Shown here piece after piece: positions 24,312 through 37,900 of a stretch of DNA of 64,000 nt (the first letter of the stretch is position 1; each line of letters opens with the position of its first letter). Position numbers and translations under genes: made by a program. Origin of the DNA: Macrostomum lignano (taxonomy: Eukaryota); NCBI GenBank assembly GCA_002269645.1, contig NIVC01000152.1, positions 372,001 through 436,000 on the forward strand, given 5' to 3'. The notes below the pieces were generated by a model, which was given only the letters and a program-made list of their open reading frames with translations, searched no databases and was not told where the DNA came from.

Positions 24312-26043
24312 CTGCAGAAGCTCTCAAACCGGCCATTGGGAGGGGAGTCACGAGCTCGCTTGTTCCATGCAGAATACCCAGAGGTTGCCATCGGCAACAC
24401 GGGCCCAGCAAGGTATTTCTCTTCCCCTCCTTTTCTCCCCGCCCGTCCCAGCATGAGCCGATACAATTCCTGAGCGAGATGCGGCTAAAAGTAAATGCAG
24501 AATAGTGTAGTCCCAATGCAAGCCCGACAGTGGGGAGAAACTATCTGAGACGTACAATTTCTGGGAACAAAAATGTGAGAAGAATGGCAACTGTTCATGC
24601 GGCAGTCAGTCGCCATCTGCATGCCGAGTTATTCAGAGCGCAGTGAATAAGCCATGAATTGGCGTCAAAGTCATGTATTAGCTGGCGCATGAATAACGGC
24701 TGTCGACAACTGCACCAGCGCCTGAACCAGCAACATCACCACCGTCGTCGCGACTGGGTTCGCAAACTTGGCCAGGCAGGAGGGGGTGGTGGAGGCGGCT
24801 GCGGAACTGGAAGCATGCTCAGCGTGGAGTTCGGTCTTGCGGGCGCGGCCGCGCTGCCACCGGAGCAAGCAAGAGTTGAAATGCCCCATCGTAGCGGTCG
24901 ACTCGCCAACGTTAATTACTGCTTATCTGAATCGGCTACAGCCATCAACAGCCTGCCGAGAATTGGTGGCGTGTCCTCAGCAGACCCAAGATACCTGCGG
25001 GCGACTGCCTATAAGCAGCAGCAGCAGCAGCAGAAACAACAACAGGATTTTGCAAGGTACTGACAACAGAGGGAATCTTGCTTGTTAAATGCTTATCTCA
25101 TCTAAATACTTGGTGGTAAGGTAAAGCTACGCTCGTACTCGTACGTATCCCGTATACCCTGCATCGCATGCAAGCCGAAAATACCGATAAAGTTTTCTTT
25201 CAATCTCAATGAAGTATAAAATGAATGGAACAGGTGCAGGAAAACAAAATCTATCATGAGCTATCAGTGCTATCAAGAAACCTGCGATAACTTAGTTTTG
25301 CATCCACGGCCTCCCGCGAACCCTGGGTCTCTCTCGCTGGTCAGGCAGGGACTGCAGCTGGTTGGACATGTGGCCTAATGTTCAGAAACAATTTACATGT
25401 ATGAGTAGATCGTCGTACTGCCGAGCACCTCGCGCTGAGACATCGCTATGTCGAGTGCATGCCGTAGCTTTGCAAACTACTGTGGACTTGACTGAAAAGT
25501 CTTGATCTGATTCCGAGACAAAATGCTATTTGTTGAACCTTGACAACCTCTCAAAAAATCAGGATTCCAGTCACGTCGACGCGGGAGGAACCTTTGGCAA
25601 TGCAAAATCATGGCGAGCCAGATCAGCAGCGTCAGTCTCAGCCGGGCCAAAGGCTGCCATCAGCAACTCCAATGCCGCCGCCTCAGCCACAGCTGCTGTG
25701 GGTAAGCGGCAGCCGCCAGACTCCATCCGCTACTCGAGAACGCCGGCAGCAACCTGCGCAGCTATCCGTCCCGTCAAGGACGACCCACTCAGCTGCAGCT
25801 TCAAATCGCCGTCGACACGCAAGAACTGCGGCGGCAACGGTGAGAGCCAGTTCCGGCAGCCAAGGCAAAGCAGTCGGGCCGTGGAGTCGGGTCGGCCCTC
25901 CTGAGGCAGACGAAGCTGTGTCGGTGCTTCGCTACCTGTTGGAGTCAATGAGCACCTGCCCATTTGCTGCTGACAGCAGCGTCCGGCAGTCGGACGAAGT
26001 GAAATCGGCGAGGACAGAGTTGACGAGGCCGCAACGGCAATGA
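24312..26043 (+). CDS. Putative exons of an unidentified low-complexity (Q/G/S/A-rich) protein
   Basis: GC-rich open stretches bounded by plausible splice sites (e.g. ctgcag at ~24316, gtattt at ~24413). No recognisable domain, and the exon chain is not resolved. Confidence 0.25.
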
Positions 26044-26769
26044 CGTTGCCAATAAAACTCTTCTTATCACTCGCTGCGTAATGCAGCATTATCAGTATCA
26101 GTACATTCAGGTCACGTGAGAGAAAAATTATCTTGGCAAGTCACTCCCAATTTCAAGCTCCTCGCACCTTGACCTGAAATAGAAGCGTTTGCGAGCTCAT
26201 TCGCAATAATTGCCCTCTTTCATAGACGTTCGTGATTCTTGATCTACGGAATTTAATTCGCTCTCGTTTTGTTAGACTCGGCAGGACTCTGGCTACTGTG
26301 TATAGTAGCTCGTAGTGAATACTGTAGCTCGTAAATTAAGCGATTAGTTGACTTATAGTGCTCAAATCATGCTCAATATGACAAAGCTTTTCTAATATAC
26401 TCGACAAATAAGCTGTATTTTTGGCTTTCGATGATGGTAAAAATCGAACATAGTTTTAAACACGAGCGCAGTCAGCTAACTGGTTTGTTCGATTAATCAA
26501 TCGATACTATGTGATAATTAGCTTGTTAGCGATTGAGGATAAAACAGGATTATACACAATTGTATTTGTATGAGTTGAGCGAGCTAGATAATCAAAATAC
26601 ATGATCAGCGAATTCTGGGTTAAAAACACAGCTGTACCAAATTCAAGATGTAATAAAAGTGTACGGCATAAGCGTCTGTCTACTGAGTCATCGAAGTTTT
26701 CATAAATTGGTCGTTTTATGGTGCGTAAAAATGTTTTTTTTATCTAGCGCAATCCAGCCAGTCTGCTTT

Positions 26770-27771
26770 CTAGGCTTTGATAAGCGGGTAGCCTGGATTG
26801 TAGTTGGTCAGTCGGTAACCGGATTGGTTGAAAGCTGTGTTGCCCCAAGATCGAAAGTCGTACGGTCCCGTCACCTGGCGCTGCTCGTTTGGTCCCAGAG
26901 GCACCGAACCTCCCATTGGCTGCTGCGGCTGCCCATAGCCCGGCTGACCAAAAGCTTGCGGACCAGCATGGCCACCTGAAAGAGGCTGCTGCTGGTGCTG
27001 TTGGGGGCCCTGAGGCCATTGGCCTTGCTGCGGCTGCTGGGGCTGCTGCTGACCCTGAGGCCACTGACCCGGCTGAGGCTGCTGCTGGCCCGGCTGCTGC
27101 TGACCCTGAGGCCACTGACCCGGCTGAGGCTGCTGCTGGCCCGGCTGCTGCTGGCCCGGCTGCTGCTGACCCTGAGGCCACTGACCCGGCTGAGGCTGCT
27201 GCTGGCCCGGCTGCTGCTGGCCCGGCTGCTGCTGACCCTGAGGCCACTGACCCGGCTGAGGCTGCTGCTGGCCCGGCTGCTGCTGACCCTGAGGCCACTG
27301 ACCAGGCTGCGGCTGCTGCTGGCCCGGCTGCTGCTGACCCTGAGGCCATTGACCCGGCTGAGGCTGCTGCTGACCCTGAGGCCACTGACCCGGCTGCTGC
27401 TGACCCTGAGGCCACTGACCTGGCTGCTGTTGACTCTGAGGCCACTGGCCTGCCTGCGGTTGCTGCTGAGGCCACTGGCCCGGCTGAGGCTGTGGATATC
27501 CACTCTGCGGCTGCTGCTGAGGCCACTGGCCCGGCTGAGGCTGTGGATATCCGCTCTGCGGCTGCTGCTGAGGCCACTGGCCCGGCTGAGGCTGTGGATA
27601 TCCACTCTGCGGCTGTTGCTGAGGCCACTGGCCCGGCTGAGGCTGTGGATATCCACTCTGCGGCTGCTGATAGCCAGCATAGCCCCCGGGCCCCGGCTGC
27701 GGAATCTGGTCGTATTGCATGCCCTCCAGTCCGATAGGCGGTGGGTTCTGGGCAGGATAACTCGGGTTCAT
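26770..27771 (-). CDS. Gln/Pro/Gly-rich repetitive protein (333 aa) with PGQWPQGQQQ and SGYPQPQPGQWPQQQPQ repeats
   Basis: True ATG preceded by an acceptor-like tttctacag and a short leader. Unique N- and C-terminal segments are in frame with the repeats, and repeat indels are multiples of 3. Confidence 0.75.
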   Translation of the reverse strand: MNPSYPAQNPPPIGLEGMQYDQIPQPGPGGYAGYQQPQSGYPQPQPGQWPQQQPQSGYPQPQPGQWPQQQPQSGYPQPQPGQWPQQQPQSGYPQPQPGQWPQQQPQAGQWPQSQQQPGQWPQGQQQPGQWPQGQQQPQPGQWPQGQQQPGQQQPQPGQWPQGQQQPGQQQPQPGQWPQGQQQPGQQQPGQQQPQPGQWPQGQQQPGQQQPGQQQPQPGQWPQGQQQPGQQQPQPGQWPQGQQQPQQPQQGQWPQGPQQHQQQPLSGGHAGPQAFGQPGYGQPQQPMGGSVPLGPNEQRQVTGPYDFRSWGNTAFNQSGYRLTNYNPGYPLIKA

Positions 27772-28791
27772 TGTTGCAGTGCTGTAGAAAGTATCTCGCG
27801 AGCAAACGCTGTGTAGAGCGCAGAATAGGCGGGCTGTGAGGCATTTTTATTACATTCAGCCCACCTCGTGCCATCTCCAACCCGAGCATACGTCTCAACT
27901 CCACTGTTCGCACTTCGGAGCTGTACAGCGTGCACGCCTATATGGTCTCTCGCTTACGTACGTTACCGTGTAGATGCGCTTGCATTGTAAACTCCATTCC
28001 GAAACTGCCTTTCTCTGCCTCACTCCGGTCAGCTCCCCTGCTACTCGCTCTCCGGCCAATGACTATTTGGCGCTGACGCAAACTATGCAGGCCGTATACA
28101 ATGCACGGTGAAGGTATGAATTAAGCACCGCAGAGAACACACCTTTTTGGATCGAGAGCAAGAGAGAGAGGAGGGGGTCTGTTGACAAAATGGTTGAATT
28201 GCACGTTGCGTTAAGATAGCGCTGAGGACTGAGTTGAGTAAGAAACCGCTTCTGCCCAAACTCAGATAGATGGTTTGTTAGTCATGCAGTTGTGAACCTT
28301 TTCCTATATACTAAAAATGAGTTGTTTGTTTGTACGAAATCGATTAGAGAAAAAATGGCTGGACCGATTTTCATGAGACTTGCACTGTTCGATCAGAAAT
28401 TTTCCCGTGACGGTACATGTGTCTTAGCTAAGAAATTGCTTGATGCTAAAGGCATTAAATATTCGAAAAACATGCTTTTTTGCAAAGGTCAAGCAAACTT
28501 TTTGACTTGAAATGCATTGTAAGAATGCTAAGAGAAAAATTGACTGGTTGAATCTGATTCTGAAATAGATTGCATCATAACTGAATTGTAACTCCAACTT
28601 GAATTGCGTCTTAGTATTGAAAATTCAGTGTGGAAGCGTAGCACCAGACTTGATTTAGATTGCGTAACCATATTCTCAACTTTAATTGAGACTGATACTG
28701 ACTTGCCTGGGAAATTGATTATGTCATAACTGCTTCGTGAGTGAGTGTTGAATTATATAAGTGCTACAATTTCATTTATAAATTCGATAAG

Positions 28792-28857
28792 AGCTAGCCT
28801 AGATGTGAACAGACTGGACTGCAAATGCAGCGACCTGGGTTCGAATCTTAGTAGTGA
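28792..28857 (+). pseudogene. tRNA-Cys(GCA)-like remnant or SINE head
   Basis: Anticodon arm CTGGA-CTGCAAA-TGCAG and T arm CTGGG-TTCGAAT-CTTAG are present. The acceptor stem and D arm are degenerate. Confidence 0.4.
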
Positions 28858-28907
28858 AAAGTTTTTTATTAAAAGCTTTTATTCAAGGACAAATAAAGGA
28901 CAAAAGG

Positions 28908-29875
28908 CGTCATGTAAAAAATCATTGAAGCGTCATGTAAAGAATCATAGAAGCGTCATGAAACAATCATAGAAGCGTCATGTAAACAATCATAGAAGCG
29001 TCATTTAAAAAATCATTGAAGCGTCATGAAACAATCATAGAAGCGTCATGTAAACAATCAGAGAAGCGTAATGTAAAAAATCATAGAAGCGTCATGTAAA
29101 CAATCATAGAAGCGTCATGTTAAAAATCATAGAAGCGTCATGTAAACAATCATAGAAGCGTCATGTTAAAAATCATAGAAGCGTCATGTAAAAAATCATA
29201 GAAGCGTCATGTAAACAATCATAGAAGCGTCATGTAAACAATCATAGAAGCGTCATGTAAAAAGCATAGAAGCGTCATGTAAACAATCATAGAAGCGTCA
29301 TATAAAAATCATAGAAGCGTCATTTAAAAAAATCATAGAAGCGTCATGTAAACAATCATAGAAGCGTCATGTAAACCATCATAGAAGCGTCATGTAAAAA
29401 ATCATAGAAGCGTCATGTAAAAATCATAGAAGTGTCATGTAAAAAATCATAGAAGCGTCATGTAAAAAATCATAGAAGCGTCATGTAAAAAATCATAGAA
29501 GCGTCATGTAAAAATCATAGAAGTGTCATGTAAAAAATCATAGAAGCGTCATGTAAAAAATCATAGAAGCGTCATGTAAAGAATCATAGAAGCGTCATGT
29601 TAAAAATCATAGAAGCGTCATGTAAAAAATCATAGAAGCGTCATGTAAAAATCATAGAAGTGTCATGTAAACAATCATAGAAGCGTCATGTAAAAAATCA
29701 TAGAATTGTCATGTAAAAATCATAGAAGCGTCATGTAAACAATCATCGAAGCGTCATCTAAAAAGTCATAGAAGCGTCATGTAAAAAATCATAGAAGCGT
29801 CATGAAAAAATCATAGGAGTGTCATGAAAAAATCATAGAAGCGTCATGAAAAAATCATAGAAGCCTCATTAAAAA
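28908..29875. repeat. 23-bp AT-rich satellite (AAAAAATCATAGAAGCGTCATGT), ~42 copies
   Basis: Direct periodicity. Confidence 0.95.
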
Positions 29876-30773
29876 CTAATGAAAGTGTCATTTAAAAAAT
29901 CAAGAAGCATCATGGTAGAATAAAAGAAGCGTCATGTCAGACATGAAAGGTGTCATGTAAAAATTAAATGAAGCTATAGTGCTGGGCTAGGGAGAAAAAC
30001 TGAGACGTCAAGGCTCACAGAGAATAACTGAGATTACGGGGGTGGGGTTTCTGAGATGTCAAAGCAAAAGTCAGAAGCTACTTCAAAGTTCATGTACTTT
30101 ACTCAATTTTTTTATTACATTCTTTGTTGGCTCGCCACAGGGGGGGGGCGCTGATAGAAGAAGAGTCATGTAAAAAATAAAAGTAGCACTATGTATACAT
30201 AAAAGAAGAGTCATGTCGAAGTTAAAAGATTCATTTGGGAATTGCTACGATGTCAAAGCTTGGTGGAAATCGTTATAGTGCTGTGATTCTTAAAGAAGGA
30301 ATCACTAAAATGTCAAGGCTTTGGGGAGAAGAATTGCTGAGATTTCAAGACTTTAGGTTGGGTTAAAGTTAGGTTTAGGTCAGGTTTGGGTTGAGGGTTA
30401 TATTTTATCGGGTTTCAAGGTTAACGGGGGGTTTTTTAGATTTCAAGGTTTATGGAGGCCATCGCTGACATGTCAAGGCTTACGGGGGGAATAGCTGACA
30501 TGTCAAGGCTCACGGGGGTATAAATGAGATTTCAAGGCTAAAGTCAGAAGCTACATGTAGTTTATTGAAAACTTTTTATTACATTATTTAATGCCTCCTC
30601 AGGGGAGGGATCGCTGATAAAAAAAAGCGTAATGTAAAAAATAAAAGAAGCTTCATGTCGAAGTTAAGAGATTCATTTGGGAATCCCTACGATGTCGAGG
30701 CTTGCAGGGAATCGCTATAATGCTGTAGTAGTGCTATAATGACTCTTAGAGAGAATTACTGAAATGTCAATGC

Positions 30774-30860
30774 TTTAGGGTTAGGTTAGGGTTAGGGTTA
30801 GGTTAGGGTTAGGGCTAGGGTTAGGGTTAGGGTTAGGGTTAGGCTAGGGTTAGGGTTAGA
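30774..30860 (+). repeat. Interstitial telomeric (TTAGGG)n tract; a more degenerate tract lies at ~30353-30400
   Basis: About 14 TTAGGG/TTAGG/CTAGGG units. Confidence 0.85.
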
Positions 30861-31990
30861 AGGTTGACAGATATTTTTAGATTTCCAAGGCTTATTGGGG
30901 GCATTGCTGAGATGTCAAGGGGGGAAGTTGATATGTTAAAGCTTGTGGGGGGGAATTACTGACATTTCAAGGCTGACAAGTTTTGACAGGAGATTTTTAA
31001 GATTTCAAGGATACATGTAGCTTATTAAAAAAACGTGTATTGCATTTCTTTGGCTCCCCAACGGGGGCGTAGATTGCTAGTCCAAGGCTAACAAGAGAAA
31101 TTGTATACGGGTTTGGGTACAATGCATTTTTGAGTAATACATGTACTACCTAAATTAAGCTAATTAAAATTTAAATTCGGGTATTTTTGTTTGTTACCGC
31201 GTGCTATAGCTAGAAAATTCAGAATCACAGAGATGTAAACTACTCGTATTTGTCTTCACTAATCTATACGAATTAAACTATAAGAAATTCGGAGAATAAT
31301 GTACGAGCCACCTCCCATTTCATGTTGGTTTCGGCCCCCAGTAAAGTCTACCAACTTCGTGTAGTCGTGTAGATGCTCATGAGAAAGCGAACCAACCCTT
31401 GACACATTTTAGTAAACAAAAATAGCTAGAGTACGGATAGGTAAATTTTTTATTTATAGTACTCAGCTACTTATCAACGATATTGTTGTTGATTTAAAAG
31501 ATAGCTTTAGATTCAAAAATAAGAACTATTCAGTCCTGATTATATCAATTATTTTTCAATTTGTCAGTGTCTAACACAACCATATACATACCCGAACATT
31601 ACGCGCGCCGATGTTGGATAGTGTGATGCTTATACAAACTGCCTCAGCCCGCCACAGCCTCATTGGAAATATGAGCACAAAAATTGCACTGCGCTGCGCC
31701 CTCCTCAAAATGTGTTAGCTGCCACAGCCAGAAACGCGTTGCCAGTTACTCCTGGAGTTGGTCAGGATTCGATTGGGATTCAGCCAATGCACAGAGGGAA
31801 ACTCTATATTATATACTCCTCCTAGATTCTCATTTAAGACCGCACCGTGCAATGCGCTACTCGGCAAGCCACGCCCCGCTGCCTAAAAGTCAAGTTAGCC
31901 AGCGGCTTGAAACAGTTGCTTGGAAATTTCCAGAACACTCTCGGCAGCAGTTCCTGGCCTATACTCGTAACTGATCAGCTCTCCTCCTGC

Positions 31991-34900
31991 ATGGCGATAG
32001 AAAACAACTGGAGCCGACAGCCGCACCGGGACAAGCTGCCGGACAGCGACACGCTTGAGCAGCAGCTGGACCGCGTGTTCGATCTGTTCGACGCCGATAG
32101 AGACGGCCGCATTGTGGCCAGCGAGGTCGGCATCGCGCTAGCCAGCTTACACGGACAGCGCTTGACTAAGAAGGAGCTCAAGGTGAGTTCGGTACAGCTG
32201 TCGAAGGTGAGCTCAAGGTCCAGGACCTTTTTAGCTATATGTATTGGACTATTCTATCTGTTAAATTTCAACCACAGATACTAGAATAACTTTAGATTTT
32301 TAGTTAGTTATTCTAGTATCTGTGGTTTCAACTAAAATCTTGGGGGAGCAAGCATCCCCCAAATAGCAAGCATCCCCAAAATAGCAAGCAACCCCCAAAT
32401 ATCAAGTATCCCCCAGATAGCAAGCATCCCCCAGATAGCAAGCATCCCCCCGATAGCAAGCAACCCCAGATAGCCAGCATCCCTGGATAAAAAGAGTCCT
32501 GATAGATCTTAGCGTCGTTAGCATGCATATAACTGAAAAATCGTATCTGGTGTCGTGTTGTTTATATACAAGTAGCATAAGTCACTGCAGCTATTATTAA
32601 AATCAGTAGAGTGCTCATAAATGTGAAATTATAAAGTTATGAATTGAATTCAGCGCATTGCATATCGATCGCAACAAGTTATGCAAAACTAGTCAGTCAA
32701 AAACATTTTTGCAGACAGATTCTTCTCTCGGTATACTGCTAACCTTTACAGCGCCCTGAGCCCAATACTCCGGGAAAAAGTACAAGTGTCCAGTCAGATA
32801 TTGCTCACGGACTCCTTAGCAGACTTCATCCAACCATAAGCCTTTGCTTCTTGTAGCTTTGATCCTACGAGTACACATGCAATTAAGAGCAAGATTTTGT
32901 GCATGACTGTCAAATCGATTATGCTGGCACCGAGGGAGATTTATCCCGATCAGTTGCTGGGTATTAGGCTCGTAACCCAAATATTCCCTATTGCTTAATC
33001 TTTATCATTTCTGGGCATGGGTCATCGATCAGCATTTTTACAAGATTGCAGAACGAATTTATGAATACTTCAAACTAACTGGTTTAATTACAGTAAAAGG
33101 CAAGATACTGTATGCACACAAGTTACCAATGCAATTGGACCACAAGAAGTTGCATATACCGTTGCGTCAGGACGTATTACTGGCGTTCTAATGAGTAATT
33201 CATTTGAGGGCCCAATAATCTTGCCCAGAATGCATTAATGGGATATTCGTAGGAACTTGTTATCTTTTTAGCACTAAAGTGTCAATGAATGAATGCGTGA
33301 ATTAAGGAATCCCATTGTTGGATGAGTCATCGCGTGCAGCAATGCTGAGTAGAGATGGCACTGACAAACTAAATAGTTTCCTCAAACGGTTTGATTGAAT
33401 GCATGCTGTGGTGAAGTACAGATCCCATGACTCCTCTATGATACACGAGCCTCGAGTTACATGTAAATAGTAAATACTAGCAATCTTCGCCCCCCGTTGG
33501 GGGACATCTGGATAGAATCTCTGTTCTCTACAAGTAACAAAAAGACAGCCAAATAAAGCCTTCACAAAGACAACAGAAGAACTGCTCAAATAAAGTGTAA
33601 TGCAAAAAGAAATCATCCCCCAGATAGAAAGCATCCCCCAGATAGCAAGCATCCCGCAAATAGCAAGCATCTCCCAGATAGCAAGCATCCCCCAGATAGA
33701 AAGCATCCCCCAGATAGCAAGCATCCCGCAAATAGCAAGCATCTCCCAGATAGCAAGCATCCCCCCAGATAGAAAGCATCCCCCAGATAGCAAGCATCCC
33801 CAAGATAGCAAGCATCCCCCAGATAGCAAGCATCCCCCAGATAGCAAGCATCCCCCAGATAGCAAGCATCCACCAGATAGCAAGCATCCCCCAGATATTA
33901 CAGACATTTCATTTTTAGTATATAGGAGGACTAGTACTGTTGATTTAGCAGACCACATTAACGGTTATGCAAAAAATATTGCAATTTTTTGAACCTCAAA
34001 ACCAATTGAGGCCGACAGAAATGGTTCACTTGGGGATGCGGCGCGATCTGGAGCGTCAAACCATTAATCCCGGGATATCGAGTTCTAAGGAATGGAGATG
34101 GCATTACAATGTTTGTACGAGGATCTCACCTTCCATGCAGGGCTTCTATATGCTTAGAAGTGCATTCAGTGCATTCATCAAATGCAAATGGGGGCAATCT
34201 TAATTAATATGATAAAAATGGAGACATAACACACCAGTGTTAATTTTATATGATGTCCTGATACAACCGAAACTTCTAGTGGTCCTTACGTGTATGTGCA
34301 TGTACAGTAAGTAAAGTAGTATATACATGTACATGTAAATATTGAGTGCTATGATACAGTAGTATATTAGAAATAGTACACTATCAACAGACATTGATAG
34401 TGTAGACACAGACTGCAACAGACACTACTACGGAAGTACATGTACCTAAGGCTTGCGTTACTCCACCTATCACAGGTGTTGCTCCCACCTGTTGTGTCAC
34501 AGGTGTTATACTACTGGAATCGTACGTGGTCTTGGCGGTTAAGCTACTGGTTTATTCCGTTTTCTATTTTACTTTATTACGAGCGTATTAATTTTACTCT
34601 TATTGGTATAGGTTGCTGCCACCAGACTAGTGTCCCCTATAATTAATGTTAACTTAAAATAAGTAAGACACAAGTCAATTTCAGTAAGGTATTAAGACAA
34701 AAGAAAAAATAATATTATGAAAGAGCCAAATATGCAAAGAGAGAATCCACTATTTCCTTATTCTAATATGTTGGGTAGACTCCGTCCTTATAGATTGCAC
34801 TAATGGTGACTCCATTGGCCTTTCCTATGTTATCTAATAATTAATCCTATTCTCGGTAGACTCCGTTTGACTAATGGTAGACTCCGTTAGCCTCCCTATG

Positions 34901-37900
34901 TTAAACTGTACTTTCCCTTAAATTTCCTATGTTCACTTGGGATTTTATACCTTGCTTTTACAAAAGGGAAGATTCCCTATATGCTTTATCTTGAGACTGT
35001 CTCTAAAATGTTGTCCTAGCGGACTGTCCAACGAGGAATGCTTTTCCAGGGCTAAACAGCCTTTTACTAATGGAGAAAGCTACAATAGAACGATTTCCCT
35101 ATGCTTCAAATATTTTCCCGAGGGTGAACTACTGTTAGTAGCGTAAAAGCAAAACTGCTTGTTCTCGGTTTCGGGTTACTAAAATAATTCTCGACAAATA
35201 GGAATTCACTGACAAACGCCAAACGCCTTAGCACAACTGCTTGAACTAAACCCCCTACAACACTACCACCTGTTGTCACAGGTGTTACTCCCGCCTATTG
35301 CGTTACTCTGCACTTGCTGTGCCTGCAACTTAGCTTAATACACTTGAAGCACAGAAACAAAGCAAGAGACCAACAAGACAAAGATTCAATCATTTTAGCT
35401 ATCGTAGAAACAAGAACAAATAGTACCAACCCTGTTTAACATTGTTTATTTAAGCTAGAAATAAACTGTCTCTACAACCGCGAGCAAAAAATCGAAAACA
35501 ATGAAACAACTCCTGCTGGAACTCTGGGACACAGCTTATTGAGGGCACCAAAAATTTAGCCAAAACTTTGCTTTTTAATAAACTAATTTAGTATATGGAT
35601 TATATAGACTGTGTCAATTATAACACTGTACTGAATATATAACACAAAACCGACTACTAACCAATAGTGAAGTCTAGCATCGCTTATGATGCTTGTATGC
35701 GCTTATTATGCTCCTATTAGTAGGATGGATAAGAGTATATCCAACGAATGTGACGCATCCATTTAAATATTAAAACTCTTTATTTAGCCAATGCCTAGAA
35801 GGTTAAGTCAGTCAGATCCCCGGCATGATGACGGATGACAGTTAGCTGGCACCGGCAGGTTTGGCCGGCGGCACAATGATGGTTGGCCTGTGGGCGTGGT
35901 GCAGCACGTAGTCGGACACGCTGCCCAGGAATGTACGGCGCAGGGTGCCCATGCCGCGGTTGCCCATAACGATCAAAGACACGTCCTCCTCGTTGGCAAT
36001 CTCCACAATGGCCGGGCCGGCGCCGCTGGTCATGCGCTCCAGGAATCTGCGAGTGGTTCGAGTTTGACTGTCTGCTTTAGGATTTCTAAGAATCTGCTTT
36101 TCGGGATTTCTAAGAATCTTTTTGGGATTTATCTGCTTTGGGGATTTCTAAGAATCTTTTTTGGGATTTATCTGCTTTGGGGATTTCTAAGAATCTGCTT
36201 TTTGGAGTTTATAATAATCTGCTTTAACGATTTCTAAGAATCTGCTTTTTGGAGTTTATAATAATCTGCTTTGGCGATTTCTAAGAATCTGCTTTTTGGA
36301 GTTTATAATCTGCTTTGGCGATTTCTAAGAATCTGCTTTTTCTAAGACATTTCTAAGAATGTTTCATGAATTGGGATTTCAATGAATCTCTTCTCTGGGA
36401 ATTGTAAAATCTGTTTCTAAGGTATATTGAACTGAGGTCAGTGAAGACTTCACAAACTCATAGCAGAGATTCAGAGAAGATCACACTAACCTGGTGTGAT
36501 TCTGCAGTCCCAGAGTCTCGCACTTCTCCTTGGTTTGGCTGGCAAGCCGCTTCCCAGCCTGGATGGCCTCGTTGACGCTGTTAGCATAGAGATCGGCGGA
36601 GACGGCGCTGGCAAAACCGGCTCCCATGGTGACCGGCGGCGGCTCAACAACATAGGCAAAGATCAGCTGATCCTCCGAGTTGCGCATATTGCTGGCGTAC
36701 CATTCTAGGGCGCGTTCGCAGTGCTTGCTACCGTCAACAGCGATTAGAATCTTGCGAGTCATGATGGCGTGTTAATTTAACTGCAATCAGGGCGATTCGA
36801 GATAGAAACTTAATTGAGCCTGCGTGCCGTGCGTGGTCTTTGCGAAGCCACAAATAATTTAATAGCCTGTTTAGGCAGTTCCAAGTCGTACCTTGGAAGC
36901 CTGTGCACGTTTAACCTTAATTTGAACCCGTATAAATAAAGGTCACGTGAGAAGAACAAGAGTTTTAAAATATGAAGCGTAGAGGAAAGTTAAATTAAAA
37001 CATGCATACTTTTAGGCTTGAAAATTTTATTAATTTATTATTACGACAGTAACTTTTTTCGTGGACGTAATTTGCACTTTATGCTTAAGTGACACCCCTC
37101 GCATGCAAATTAAACCGTAACCGCATATGCTAAGTGAACTGCATGCATGATTAAGCATGTTTAAACTTTAACTTACCCGGCTTGTAGGAAAGGAAGGCAC
37201 CGAGATATTCTATTAAGCTTTAGTCTTCGCTTTGGCAAAACGGCGGGGGCCACACACTGCTGGGCTGACTAGAAATCTAGAAAACTTGTGTGTTGAATTT
37301 AGTCCTGGCTTCCCTACATTATAAAGCGACACTCCGGTTCAGACCCAGTGTACATTACCAGCCCTACCCCAACACCATAAACTAGTGTACACTCAGATCC
37401 ATGCTCTTTCACATACAGCCGCCACCCCCCACCGGGGAGCCAATCCGGAGTGAAATTCCACCAAAATTGAACGCCATATAGATAGCGTGGGTTAAGAAAG
37501 AATGAGGGACCGGGTTTGGGACAGGAAAGAAGGCAAACATAAGGCCCAGGCCCCAGGCCCCTTTCGACACCCCATGAAATTGAAGATCGGGGCTGAAGGG
37601 TCATTCGGCCTGATATGTTATCGCTTTAGTTTTACTCCACATTCTATGCCGCCAGCTCTAGATTACTGCTGCTGCACGTTTGCATTTGCAACTGAAGTGA
37701 AAAGATCTGGAAAATTCTCTTCGCTTTAATCGAACGAACCATACGATAGCTATTAGCTAGCAGCTCAATCAAATAAAGTTGAGAACAATACTTACTTATG
37801 GCTTTGCTTTACCCACCTGCTGAACTCTTGCGTTTAATACTTTTCTCCCATTGATACGGTGGCGTAACTAAGGCTTGACGGTTTTTCGAAAGAAACTTAC

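Noticed and set aside
26744-27913. Overlapping Ala-rich, Ser/Arg-rich and Leu-rich ORFs
   Set aside because: Alternative frames of the Q/P/G repeat gene. Only 26770-27771 has a true ATG with acceptor context and coherent unique ends.
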